Of a stretch of DNA of 49,815 nt, positions 9,063 through 19,290 are shown piece after piece. Each line of letters opens with the position of its first letter. The stretch's first letter is position 1. Origin of the DNA: Candidatus Heimdallarchaeota archaeon (GTDB lineage: Archaea; Asgardarchaeota; Heimdallarchaeia; Heimdallarchaeales; Heimdallarchaeaceae); contig BPTK01000005.1 in NCBI GenBank assembly GCA_023705905.1, positions 1 through 49,815 on the forward strand, read 5' to 3'. The translations under genes and the position numbers were made by a program. The notes below the pieces were generated by a model. It ran no database searches. It was not told where the DNA came from and saw nothing but the letters and a program-made list of their open reading frames with translations.

Positions 9063-9272
9063 TATATTCAACTGAAAATATTCTCGGCGAATAATAAAGT
9101 TTCTCCAAAATCGTCTTAAAACGAGAAAAGAATCTTACGTGAATAATACGATAGTAATTCGCTTTTTGTCGGAAGTATTTTCACGTACAAGGCGATTTCA
9201 AGCTTCACAATAGCAATTTAGATAATAAATCCACTATTTCTCACCTAGACATAGCTTCAAGTTCCGAAAAAA

Positions 9273-9455
9273 CTAAGCATGAATTCTAGGCTCGGATACA
9301 ATTTGTACTTTGTTACCTTCAGTATCTTGAATGTTGAAGAATGAAACATTGCTAGGGTTATCAAATATTTCTGAAGTTGTTAGATCTTTAGACTCAAGAT
9401 AGGATTTTGTTTCTTCTAGGTTTTCAATATACAACTGTGTTCCTGGGATAACCAT
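9273..9455 (-). pseudogene. Single-module remnant of a glyoxalase/VOC-family protein
   Basis: QLYIENLEETKSYLESKDL....VSFFNIQDTEGNKVQIV matches one beta-alpha-beta-beta-beta VOC module (hlaf.V.d......f.DPdGn.iei). The frame is open only back to 9498, after a TGA. The expected N-terminal module is missing. Confidence 0.3.
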
Positions 9456-9691
9456 GGTTGGGTAAATCTTAATCTCATCTGGGCATTTTCAGGAATTATC
9501 ATCAAGAGGTTCAGTGAAAGCGTTGTTGAGTTAGAAATAATAACAACAACTATAATTGGTATTATTTTGATTCTAGGCACGATTGTATTCATTCTTGTTA
9601 AGTACTTTTTGCGTAAAAAATCTGCAAAATAGTATTTTCCTTTTTTTCTTTTGTTTTTAAAAATGTTCATATATAATGAATCGTTAACTTC

Positions 9692-10585
9692 ATGATTATT
9701 ATGGTTAAATTCTGTATTCTTACTGACTCAGGTGCTGATTTAACAAATGAGATGATAAAAAAATACAATTTTAAGATTGTTCCATTTTCTGTTGTTTTAT
9801 CAGATACGGACGAAGTTCTTAAAGAAAGGATAGAAATAAGCAATGAAGATTATTATAATAGAGTTTTAACTGCAAAAAATCACCCTACAACAGCTCATCC
9901 TAATCCACATGAAATGTTAACTATATTCAAGGAACTGGAAAATGAGGGATATCAAGAGATATTTTATATAACAATGGCTGCTAGTATCACAGGAACATTT
10001 AGCACAGCTCACCTTGCCAAGAAAATTTTTGAAAAAGAAGGCGGTAAGGCCAACATAACAATTTATGATTCTTTCCAAGCAACAATTGCAATAGGTATTC
10101 AAGCATTAAAAGCTTATCAATTGCTCAATGGGGGAAAATCTATTGAAGAGACAATTCAAGCTTTGGATTATTTTAAGCTAAAAGAACTAAAATCTGCATT
10201 GACAGTTAAGACACTTAGATATTTGATGAAGGGAGGACGAGTTAGTAGATGGAAATATGCAGTAGGATCGATTTTAGGTGTTATCCCCACATTGGAAGGA
10301 ACTTATGAAGGGAAGCTTGAAGCTTTTGGATCTGCTCGTTCATATAAAGATGCGATTACGAAAGTAGTAGACAGAGCTTACGATGAAATAAAGGATAAGG
10401 AAGATTTAGCTGTATACATTAGTTCCGGAATGGCTGAGGATGGAGTAACAATTGCAAAAAGTTACATTAAAGAGAAATATCCAGACATTAAATTCATGGA
10501 TAGTCTCCAAATTGGTTCAGCCATTTTTACACATACTGGTCCAGGAATTGTCGCCATTATAATGTTCAAGTACTTTGATCATTAA
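9692..10585 (+). CDS. DegV-family fatty-acid-binding protein
   Basis: ILTDSGADL N-terminus, SITGTFSTA, and C-terminal HTGPG. Length about 290 aa, typical of DegV/EDD-fold proteins. Confidence 0.85.
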   Translation: MIIMVKFCILTDSGADLTNEMIKKYNFKIVPFSVVLSDTDEVLKERIEISNEDYYNRVLTAKNHPTTAHPNPHEMLTIFKELENEGYQEIFYITMAASITGTFSTAHLAKKIFEKEGGKANITIYDSFQATIAIGIQALKAYQLLNGGKSIEETIQALDYFKLKELKSALTVKTLRYLMKGGRVSRWKYAVGSILGVIPTLEGTYEGKLEAFGSARSYKDAITKVVDRAYDEIKDKEDLAVYISSGMAEDGVTIAKSYIKEKYPDIKFMDSLQIGSAIFTHTGPGIVAIIMFKYFDH

Positions 10586-10683
10586 TATCAATAATCCTTT
10601 ATTTTCAATACTTTTTTCCTTTTACGCTCTTTTTTTTACAAATATCAGACAAAGAATATTAATGCCTATAATAAACAACTTTT

Positions 10684-11127
10684 ATGAAACTTGAAAACGT
10701 TTTAAACTATCTTCAACTTCAACCATTGATGTATCTTGCTACAGTTGTTGAAAATCAACCAAGAGTGAGACCAATGGCGTTAATTTATCATGATGATACA
10801 TGCTGGTTTGTTAGTATTGCTGGAAGAGAGAAAATTACTGAACTTGAAAAAAATAATAATGTAGAATTTGCTATCAACCCACATGATAAAGAAGAAATGA
10901 GTACCATTAGAGGTAGAGGAAAAGCACTGCTGATTACTGATTTAGATATAAAAACAGATGTTGCTAAAGCGATTCCTTGGTTTGATGGATACTGGAAATC
11001 ATATGATGATCCAGGATTCTATTTGTACAAGTTAGATCTAAATCAGATTAGCGTTCAGATTCCTGGGAAAAGAGACATATACACATTTGATCTAAAAACT
11101 GGGAGTGTTAAAATAAAAGAAGAGTAA
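10684..11127 (+). CDS. Pyridoxamine 5'-phosphate oxidase-like FMN-binding split-barrel protein
   Basis: LATV..NQPRVRPM....DD..WF.....REK..EL..N..VEF pattern and about 147 aa length fit the PNPOx-like / general stress protein 26 family. Confidence 0.65.
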   Translation: MKLENVLNYLQLQPLMYLATVVENQPRVRPMALIYHDDTCWFVSIAGREKITELEKNNNVEFAINPHDKEEMSTIRGRGKALLITDLDIKTDVAKAIPWFDGYWKSYDDPGFYLYKLDLNQISVQIPGKRDIYTFDLKTGSVKIKEE

Positions 11128-11144
11128 CTAAAAGAGAAGGTTTC

Positions 11145-12044
11145 CTATTCTTTCCAACTTACTTTTAATTTACGTCTTGGTGCTGCTCGTTCAAATTTAA
11201 TGTTAGGGTAACCCATTACGAATACACCATGGACATTACGGTTTTTTGGTATTCCTATAACTTTTCTTGTCTTCTTACTTCTCCAGAGATACTCATGAGC
11301 AAAACCTATCCAACAAGTTCCTAAACCAAGAGCTTGTGCCGCAAATATCCCGTGAGTAATAGCAATCCCAGCATCAACACCAGTCATTTTTGAGTAAGAA
11401 GGAGCATATAATATGATGACAACTGGAGCTTTAAAGAATATCATATCATCACCTTTTTCCGTTCTCTCAAAGAACATTTCTAAACTCCTTTTAGTCCTTG
11501 GACTCTTGATTCTTCTACGCAATGTTGGACTTAAGAAAGGAGCGATTAGATGACGTAAAGGCAATAGTTTTCTTGTCTTCTCCATTAAACTCGCAACCCT
11601 TGAGGATAACCAAGCGATTTTTTCTTTATTCGTAATAACTATATATTGCCTACTTTGCCTATTACTAGCGCTAGGGGAATATCTCATAGCTTCCAAAACA
11701 CGGTTTATGTCCTCTTTGGGAACAGGTTTATCTTTATAGATCCTTATTGACTTTCTAACTCTTATGTACTTCATCAGGTCTTCATAAGTGATTAGAGATT
11801 CAGGATGACCAATCTCTTCAAAAGCATAGGTTTTATCCTCCCCCTCATAAGAAATTGCTTCTGTGGGGCAGATAGAGATACAATGACCACAGCGAAAACA
11901 GAAGTGATAAGGATCATCATGAACTATTTTCTTTTCCATACCAACTCTTTGAACAGAGAAAAGTCTGACAGAACAAGCAGTTATGCATTTTTCACATTTG
12001 ATACACTTCTCTGAATCTATTCCCAAAATCTTCAATCTAGTCAT
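11145..12044 (-). CDS. Ferredoxin-domain/nitroreductase fusion protein
   Basis: Two 4Fe-4S motifs (CIKCEKCITAC and CFRCGHCISICP). These are followed by a nitroreductase fold (RKSIRIYKDKPV..., SPSASNRQS, TCWIG). Confidence 0.8.
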   Translation of the reverse strand: MTRLKILGIDSEKCIKCEKCITACSVRLFSVQRVGMEKKIVHDDPYHFCFRCGHCISICPTEAISYEGEDKTYAFEEIGHPESLITYEDLMKYIRVRKSIRIYKDKPVPKEDINRVLEAMRYSPSASNRQSRQYIVITNKEKIAWLSSRVASLMEKTRKLLPLRHLIAPFLSPTLRRRIKSPRTKRSLEMFFERTEKGDDMIFFKAPVVIILYAPSYSKMTGVDAGIAITHGIFAAQALGLGTCWIGFAHEYLWRSKKTRKVIGIPKNRNVHGVFVMGYPNIKFERAAPRRKLKVSWKE

Positions 12045-12112
12045 CTGAAAAAAAAATTAACTAGTACTATATAACTTAAATGAATGTAAAAAAAGAGGAA
12101 TAAAAAGGAAAA

Positions 12113-14440
12113 TTAGTTCTTATTTCTGAGTTTTTTAAGGAAACGCTTATTGATAAAAGCTAAACCAACAAGCAGTACAGGTATCATAAACCATGGAAAT
12201 GCAATGAATCCTGGAGATGCATATTCAATTGTTTTTGAAGTAGTAACCACAGAATTGTCTTCTGAATCTGTTGCGTAAATTTTGTAACGAATATCATCTG
12301 CATTTTCATTTCCTGGTATTGTGCCAGAATAATATTCACTTCCACTACTAGACATTGTAACATTTGTCCATGTTGAACCACCATCATATGAATAAGATAG
12401 GATGACAGAAGTAATAGTATATGGACCTGTAACGATACATGTAACTTGAATATTCTCTCCAGCGTCAGGAGCAAAAGGTACATGGTTTATACTTGAAACA
12501 TCAGGACCGATTGATGACCAAATACCAAGAATATAACCTGAACCTAATTCACCGTCAAAGTAACTAACATAAATGAAATAGGACCCAGTGTATGTTGCTG
12601 TATAATCTATGTATTCATCTGTTTCATAGCTTTCACTATAATCAACGATATCACCTTGGTCATTAACCAAATAGAGGTCTAAATCAACTGTAGAAGGATT
12701 GAAATCTAAGATTATCTCAACATTTTGACCGGAGGTTAATTCGATTTCAAAGAAATCATCATCATATGAAATCAGATTGTACTCATTATTGAGTTCTAAG
12801 TAAGCAGCATAGTTTATATTGTCATTTTCTTCATACTCATCATCGTCATATTCAATTGTTTCCATTGTCAAAGTGTAAGAACCAGAACCCGAGTATGCTT
12901 CTACCTTAAAGAACACCGTAGTTACACCTGAAATAGGGAGAATCAGCACTTCTGGATAATCACCAAAGTTTGTACTCGAAGCACTAACTCCGTTTGACAT
13001 ACCTAGATAAGCTTCTTCATTAAATGCATACAAATCGAAATCGACAAATGAATCCATTGTTAGATTAGCCTTATAGGCAATTCCAGCTCCAGGACTTGAT
13101 AAATCAGCTTGTATATATTTGTAAGAGCCATCAGTTAGAGATCCAGAATATGGAGAACCTACAGAGACTGAAGGAATAAGGGTGTCTACGGTATCTCTCC
13201 ATTCATATACGAAGTTATCCCAATCAGTATTAGCAACAAATTCTAAATCATAGTAATTGTTGATATAACTGTTGACTACGCTTTGATTCGAGTAAATATA
13301 GAAGTCATTGATATAGTTATAAGGTAAACTTGGAAGGAAAACCCAAAGTCCATAAGGTGTTGTTAACAAACTTGAATCATATGCAATCAACGCATCATCT
13401 AACATGTTTAAGAGATTGGTTGCAGCTGTATCAACACCAAAAGCAGATATGCTCTGCACTTCTTCAATGAATTGATAGAATTCACAAACAAATTCAGGAA
13501 AATAGCTATCTGCCATATTAATCGCGTTGTAAATAGTGCTATAGTACGTTGGCAACGCAGCTATCAAAGCTTGTGAAAGATCATTTACAAACGTATCAAT
13601 TCCTGCTATTGCTGTTGTATTATAAGCTGATAGAGTAACGTCAACATCATACATCGAGTAGTAAAATACGTATTCCATGACAATTGTATCTGCCCATTCA
13701 CTTGCTGATTGAGTTGGGTTGGATATCAAATCTGCAAGGATCATATCATATGGGTATCCGTCCCCGGGTATATTGTAAAGGCTTGACACTAGTGTTCCAC
13801 AATTATCTTGGAGCTCATATAATATTTCTATATGACCCATAATACAAGCATCAAAAGCAATCAAATCGAAGTAATAACCTTCTAAGGCATCATCAACTTC
13901 ATCAATTGTCAGATAATCATTATCATCATCATCCCAACAAACACCATCTAAACCACCACCATGATCCCAAAGGATTAATGCAGTATTATTTGCAGGAAAA
14001 TTGGTTAATCCCCAATCTACAAAAGAGGTCAGTGTAGCACCGTCTCCCATATTTTGTTCACCAAGCGAGGTATTGAGAGGAGAAGTAAATGTGCTAATTA
14101 ATGAGTCTCCTTCTATTACATAATACCTAGATTCTGTCCAAGCACTTACATACGCGGGATCAGCAAAATCCTCTGTGCTTTGATCTACCATGACTACAAC
14201 ATTAACATCAGCAGTTGTGCCTCCAGCTGCTTCAAGTTCGTTTAAATCATCCATAGCAAAATATTCTAAATTATTGTCACCGCACATGTAGATTAAAACT
14301 GTCCATTCTTTGTTAGTTGCATCTAATGAAATATCCAATTGAGTAACATCAGAATTAGTCCCTGCGACTAAGGTCAAAGGAACTGAGGTGAGTAATAAGG
14401 AAAATAATAAGATTCTTGTTTTGAAACCTAAAAAGTTCAT
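12113..14440 (-). CDS. Secreted clostripain-like (C11) cysteine peptidase with PPC domains and PGF-CTERM-like anchor
   Basis: Signal peptide from the ATG at 14440 (MNFLGFKTRILLFSLLLTSVPLTLVAG). WTVLIYMCGDNNLE, WDHGGG (His) and FDACIMG (Cys) form the C11 dyad context. Two pre-peptidase C-terminal-like domains (DDDFFEIEL...VDLDLYLVNDQGD...GSYFIYV). The tail is SPGFIAFPWFMIPVLLVGLAFINKRFLKKLRNKN. Confidence 0.8.
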   Translation of the reverse strand: MNFLGFKTRILLFSLLLTSVPLTLVAGTNSDVTQLDISLDATNKEWTVLIYMCGDNNLEYFAMDDLNELEAAGGTTADVNVVVMVDQSTEDFADPAYVSAWTESRYYVIEGDSLISTFTSPLNTSLGEQNMGDGATLTSFVDWGLTNFPANNTALILWDHGGGLDGVCWDDDDNDYLTIDEVDDALEGYYFDLIAFDACIMGHIEILYELQDNCGTLVSSLYNIPGDGYPYDMILADLISNPTQSASEWADTIVMEYVFYYSMYDVDVTLSAYNTTAIAGIDTFVNDLSQALIAALPTYYSTIYNAINMADSYFPEFVCEFYQFIEEVQSISAFGVDTAATNLLNMLDDALIAYDSSLLTTPYGLWVFLPSLPYNYINDFYIYSNQSVVNSYINNYYDLEFVANTDWDNFVYEWRDTVDTLIPSVSVGSPYSGSLTDGSYKYIQADLSSPGAGIAYKANLTMDSFVDFDLYAFNEEAYLGMSNGVSASSTNFGDYPEVLILPISGVTTVFFKVEAYSGSGSYTLTMETIEYDDDEYEENDNINYAAYLELNNEYNLISYDDDFFEIELTSGQNVEIILDFNPSTVDLDLYLVNDQGDIVDYSESYETDEYIDYTATYTGSYFIYVSYFDGELGSGYILGIWSSIGPDVSSINHVPFAPDAGENIQVTCIVTGPYTITSVILSYSYDGGSTWTNVTMSSSGSEYYSGTIPGNENADDIRYKIYATDSEDNSVVTTSKTIEYASPGFIAFPWFMIPVLLVGLAFINKRFLKKLRNKN

Positions 14441-14553
14441 AGTAACTAGATGATGGTTGCTATTATTTATATTTTTACAATTAGGATGTGACAAGAAAAT
14501 ATACTTTAAGACAAAACATATATCAGTCTCTTAAAGATATAAATTCATACCAG

Positions 14554-16068
14554 ATGATGATCCAAATGAAAGAAAGATACGAACAACTTCTGCTAATATA
14601 CAAGGAGATGCAAGTAGTTGGACAAATAGGTATGCTTCTCGGTTGGGACCAAGAAGTGTTAATGCCTAAGGGAGGTATAATCCAACGTAGTGAACAACAG
14701 GGATATATTGCAGGATTAAATCATAAAGTTAGTACAAATCCTAAGATAGGAGAACTATTGAAGGAAATCAAAGAGCATGAAGATTACGCTAAGATGTCTG
14801 AAATAGAAAAGAGGAATATTCATTTAATTCAAAGGGATTATGACAAAGTAACAAAATTACCTGAAGACTTTGTTATTGAATATACCAAAACTTCTGTGAT
14901 AGCTGTAGAAGCTTGGAAAGAAGCAAGAGCTGAAAATGACTTTTCAAAGTTTCAACCTTTTCTAGAGAAAATATTTGAAATGGCAAAACAGTACGCTAAC
15001 TACATTAGTCCAGATATCCCTCCATATGAGGTTCTTCTCGATGACTTTGAACCTGGAATGACGAGTGAAAAATATAAAGAGATTTTTACACCATTAAAAG
15101 AAGCTACAATTGAGCTCATAAGGAAATGTAAAGAAGCATCTACACAACCAGATACTTCCTTGATATATAGAAAAGTTCCTTTGGATATACAGGATAAATT
15201 ATCCAATGACCTTGTTCCTTTAATCAATTTTAACATGAAAAAAGGAAGGATTGATGTTTCAACACACCCATTTACAACAGGAGCTTACGATGACGTAAGA
15301 ATCACAACAAGATATCGAGTAGACGATTTTACAAGCTCATTCTTCTCAGTTATGCACGAAGGTGGTCATGGTTGTTATGAACAAAACCAAGCAGAAGAGT
15401 GGAGATACCAACCTGTAGGGAATTATTGTTCTTTAGGTCTTCATGAATCTCAATCCAGATTTTATGAAAACACCCTTGGGAGAAGTAAGTCCTTTTGGTT
15501 CTATTATTTGGATAGATTCAAAGAACTAACCGGGAATATTTTCTCCGACGTTCAATATGAAGGTTTCATTCGTGCAATCAACGCAGTAGAACCATCCATG
15601 ATAAGAGTCGAAGCAGATGAAGTCACATATAACTTGCACATTATCCTTAGATTTGAAATCGAAAGAGATCTATTTGCAGGGAAAATTGAGATAAAAGATC
15701 TACCTAGAATTTGGAAAGATAAAATGAAGGAAATGTTAGGTATAGAAGTCAAAAAAGATAGTGATGGAGTTCTCCAAGATATTCACTGGAGTGGAGGAAC
15801 CTTTGGTTATTTCCCAACATATTCTCTCGGCAACGTTTATGCAGCTCAATTCTTCAATAAATTGATTAAAGATATACCAGATTGGAATATCAAATTGGAG
15901 AAAGGGGATATATCTTCAATTCTAGATTGGATGAAAACCAACGTCCAAGAAAAAGGAAATCTCTACGAAGCTCCTGATCTTGTTAAAGTTGTCACAGGTG
16001 AATTTCCTACACCTAAGTATCTAATTGATTTCTTGAAGAAGAAATACTCCGCACTCTATGGATTCTGA
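14554..16068 (+). CDS. Carboxypeptidase Taq-type metallopeptidase, M32 family
   Basis: HEGGHGCYE zinc motif, HPF, GLHESQSRF, and IRVEADEVTYNLHIILRFEIE. ATG at 14554; 14488 is GTG and overlaps the divergent gene. Confidence 0.9.
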   Translation: MMIQMKERYEQLLLIYKEMQVVGQIGMLLGWDQEVLMPKGGIIQRSEQQGYIAGLNHKVSTNPKIGELLKEIKEHEDYAKMSEIEKRNIHLIQRDYDKVTKLPEDFVIEYTKTSVIAVEAWKEARAENDFSKFQPFLEKIFEMAKQYANYISPDIPPYEVLLDDFEPGMTSEKYKEIFTPLKEATIELIRKCKEASTQPDTSLIYRKVPLDIQDKLSNDLVPLINFNMKKGRIDVSTHPFTTGAYDDVRITTRYRVDDFTSSFFSVMHEGGHGCYEQNQAEEWRYQPVGNYCSLGLHESQSRFYENTLGRSKSFWFYYLDRFKELTGNIFSDVQYEGFIRAINAVEPSMIRVEADEVTYNLHIILRFEIERDLFAGKIEIKDLPRIWKDKMKEMLGIEVKKDSDGVLQDIHWSGGTFGYFPTYSLGNVYAAQFFNKLIKDIPDWNIKLEKGDISSILDWMKTNVQEKGNLYEAPDLVKVVTGEFPTPKYLIDFLKKKYSALYGF

Positions 16069-16087
16069 AGAATCCATCTCTTTTTTG
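16060..16087 (+). terminator. Hairpin plus T-tract terminator overlapping the M32 stop codon
   Basis: GGATTC-TGAA-GAATCC perfect 6-bp hairpin (16060-16075), followed by TCTCTTTTTT. Confidence 0.4.
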
Positions 16088-16130
16088 TATAACCGCGATT
16101 TTTTTAATAGCAGAGCTAAATATTAAATTA

Positions 16131-16838
16131 ATGAATGATAATTATAAACCATTTAATGTTGTAGCTGTTTTTGCTCACCCAGATGATGAAGCTGGTGCAG
16201 TTGGCACATTAATGAACCATAGCGATCGTGGGGATAATGTCTATGTTATAATGCTGACTCATGGTGAGAATGCTTCTTCTCTAAAGGGGACCCATGATGA
16301 AATAAAATTAATTAGACAAGGACATGTTAACCAAATCGAAAAAATTATAGGAGCACAATATCGACTGATGGATCTTCCAGATTCAGGAGTTTTTCCTTCT
16401 GTTGAAAATGCTAAGAAAGTTGCTAGGATATTCAAACAACTTAAACCAGATATTATTATTACTTGGGGAAAATCATCAACTATAGGAACTGGTCATCCAG
16501 ATCATCGTTACACTCACGATATAGTTCTTGATGCTATCTCTTATGCAAGATATAATGAAGACGATAGCAATTTAGAACCTCATAGAAAGCCTATAAGTCT
16601 CTATACACCAAACATAGGAGATGATCCTAATATACAAAATTGTGTTTATGTCGATGTAACTGAACAACATGAGAGAATTATGGAATTCTTTAACGTTTAC
16701 GAAGAAGCATATGGAGAATGGCCAGTAAGAGCATATAAGTTAGCAGGCATGTTAATGACTGGCAGAATGGCTTATGTAAAATATGCTGAATCTTTTAAGA
16801 AAATTAATTGGGGAACAGCTAGAAAATACTTGGATTAG
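16131..16838 (+). CDS. PIG-L/LmbE-family N-acetylglucosaminyl deacetylase
   Basis: AVFAHPDDEA plus HPDHRYTH are the PIG-L zinc-binding motifs. Length about 235 aa. Confidence 0.8.
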   Translation: MNDNYKPFNVVAVFAHPDDEAGAVGTLMNHSDRGDNVYVIMLTHGENASSLKGTHDEIKLIRQGHVNQIEKIIGAQYRLMDLPDSGVFPSVENAKKVARIFKQLKPDIIITWGKSSTIGTGHPDHRYTHDIVLDAISYARYNEDDSNLEPHRKPISLYTPNIGDDPNIQNCVYVDVTEQHERIMEFFNVYEEAYGEWPVRAYKLAGMLMTGRMAYVKYAESFKKINWGTARKYLD

Positions 16839-16842
16839 AGAT

Positions 16843-19239
16843 TTATTTCTCAAATACCAAATAATTTGTCTTTTCTTCACCCATTATGCTTATTTCTCCA
16901 AGTTCAACATATTTCTTTTTCTTCCCTTCTCTATTAACATTGAAATACCATGTATCCCCTGTCTTTTTCTCTCCTTGAATATTAACGATTTCGTAATCAC
17001 CCCGATTAAATTCAAGTGAGTCTCCATCATCAAGATAGATTTCTCCTTTAGCTTCTGAATCTTTGGGGTAAACTCTAAGAGAAATTTTTGATTTGTAAAT
17101 CTCTCCTGTATGCTGAATAGGTTCCGTAATATAAGGTATAATAGAGCCTTCCTTAACAAATATTGGTACCATGTTCAAAGGCACATCAATTTCATACACT
17201 TTTCCACCATCAAAAACAAATTCCCCACAGAAACTATACCATCTACCTTGAGGAAGATAAACTTCTCTTTTCCTTTTACCCTTCTTAAGAACAGGAGCAA
17301 TAAGTAAACTGTCTCCGAACAAATATTCAGTTTCTGACCATTCATCGATATGTGTCATAGGATCCTTTGGATGATCTACCCACAAAGGTCGAAATGCGGG
17401 AATGCCTGTCATACAAGCTTTTCTAATGTTGTTATAAATGTAAACCATTAGAGAATATCTTAATTGGATAATCCGTCTGATAATTTCTTCTGTTTTCTTT
17501 CCATGAACCCATGGTTCTTGAGAGCACTTTTCGTTAATCGTATGATTTCTGAAATATGGGTAGAAACATCCAGCTTGATACCAGCGGATAAGAAGTTCAG
17601 AACCGGGTTTACCAGCGAAACCACCAATATCAGGACCAATCATAACTTGTCCAGAAACAGCCATATTAAGCATCATTGGAATAGATAATTGTAAATGTCT
17701 CCAATTTGCAATATTATCACCTGTCCATGTCCCGGCATATCTATGTGTTCCTAGGTATGCTGATCTGGAATTGATGTAAATCCTATTATTTGGAAGAAGT
17801 GTTTGTAATCCCTCATAAGTTGCTTTTGCCATTAAATGGCCATATTCATTATGTACTTCTTTATGTAAACGAGGTTCTCCTTCACCAGGATGGATGATAT
17901 CATCATCTATTGTTCCTTTGTCACTGAATACTGATGGATCATTCATATCAATCCAAAAACCTCTAATGCCTGCCTTAGTTAAAGCCTTATAGTGACTACC
18001 AAACCACTCACGTGTTTTTGTTTGAGTAAAATCAGGAAAATGGCAATCACCAGGCCAAACAGGACCAACATAAACTGAACCATCAGGATTTAAACAGAAA
18101 TGTTCTCCTTTGATTCCTTCCTTGTAAAGTTTATAATCTGGGTCCACTTTTACTCCAGGATCTGTCATAGCCATCAAACGAAAACCTTGCTCAAAAAGAT
18201 CATCTGACAATTTCTTTGGATTTGGGAAGTGTTCCTTATTCCAAGTAAATATTCTATATTCATCCATATAATCAATGTCTAAGTGAATATAATCGCAAGG
18301 TATTTTCCTGTTTCTGAATTCTAAAGCTAGAGCTCTAACTTCTGATTCAGGATAGTAAGACCATCTACTTTGATGATGTCCTAGAGCAGAAATTGGTGGA
18401 AAAAGTGCCTTCCCAAGTAACTCTGTAAGTTTTCTAAATACTTTGTATACTGTAGGACCAACAATAATGTAATAGTTTATACCACCACCATTAACATAAT
18501 ATTTTGCTGAACAATCAGTATCGTCTCCGATTCTGATTTGGCTTCGATTAGGGTTATCATAAACGACAGCATAACAGAAACCATTTGAACGAACAACGAT
18601 TTGAATAGGTTGAGATTGATATAATTTTGAATCATCATCGTCATAGGAAAATGAATCTGTATTCCAGAATGATATTGTTTCACCCTTTTTGTTTAAAGGC
18701 CCACCTTTCTCACCAAAGCCATAATAGTTTTCGCAAATTACCCCCGGGAATTTTTCTGTTTTGTACCAATCTTCTTCGTGGTAACTCGGAAATTCTTCAT
18801 TATAAATTTGGAATCCAAATCCATCAGTCAAAGTAATCTTGCTGGCCTCTTTGTCTATAATAGCAACAATAAAAACCGTTGGACCAGATTCTTGCGTAAT
18901 GATTATTTTTTCTTCCTCTTTCTTTATAACCAATCCTGGTGCTGATTTATTGTCTTGAATTACAGCATCGGTTTGAGGAATATCGGACAGCTGTTTAGAG
19001 AATCTAATATTTAGAACCCCATTAGCAATAGATTTTATTTGAAATTCCCCATCTTTCAAGGTGGCATTAAAATCAAATTTGCGAGATTTACTAGAAGATA
19101 GTTCTCCCATTTTTTCCCATTTAGACTCGTCTTTTGGCAACACTACTTCATTATATTGCATCATTTTCTTTCTGATGACCTTGTTTAAGGCGAATTTAAC
19201 TATCCAAAAGGGCACTTTTCCTATTAATTCATTAGACAT
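16843..19239 (-). CDS. Glycoside hydrolase family 31 alpha-glucosidase
   Basis: GFWIDMNDPSVF (nucleophile Asp motif), YAGTWTGDN, IGPDIGGF and RWYQAGCFYPYFRNH are GH31 signatures. Confidence 0.9.
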   Translation of the reverse strand: MSNELIGKVPFWIVKFALNKVIRKKMMQYNEVVLPKDESKWEKMGELSSSKSRKFDFNATLKDGEFQIKSIANGVLNIRFSKQLSDIPQTDAVIQDNKSAPGLVIKKEEEKIIITQESGPTVFIVAIIDKEASKITLTDGFGFQIYNEEFPSYHEEDWYKTEKFPGVICENYYGFGEKGGPLNKKGETISFWNTDSFSYDDDDSKLYQSQPIQIVVRSNGFCYAVVYDNPNRSQIRIGDDTDCSAKYYVNGGGINYYIIVGPTVYKVFRKLTELLGKALFPPISALGHHQSRWSYYPESEVRALALEFRNRKIPCDYIHLDIDYMDEYRIFTWNKEHFPNPKKLSDDLFEQGFRLMAMTDPGVKVDPDYKLYKEGIKGEHFCLNPDGSVYVGPVWPGDCHFPDFTQTKTREWFGSHYKALTKAGIRGFWIDMNDPSVFSDKGTIDDDIIHPGEGEPRLHKEVHNEYGHLMAKATYEGLQTLLPNNRIYINSRSAYLGTHRYAGTWTGDNIANWRHLQLSIPMMLNMAVSGQVMIGPDIGGFAGKPGSELLIRWYQAGCFYPYFRNHTINEKCSQEPWVHGKKTEEIIRRIIQLRYSLMVYIYNNIRKACMTGIPAFRPLWVDHPKDPMTHIDEWSETEYLFGDSLLIAPVLKKGKRKREVYLPQGRWYSFCGEFVFDGGKVYEIDVPLNMVPIFVKEGSIIPYITEPIQHTGEIYKSKISLRVYPKDSEAKGEIYLDDGDSLEFNRGDYEIVNIQGEKKTGDTWYFNVNREGKKKKYVELGEISIMGEEKTNYLVFEK

Positions 19240-19290
19240 TAAGTGTACAGTCTATCAAGAAATTAAAAATCTATCGAGGAGCTGATTTTG

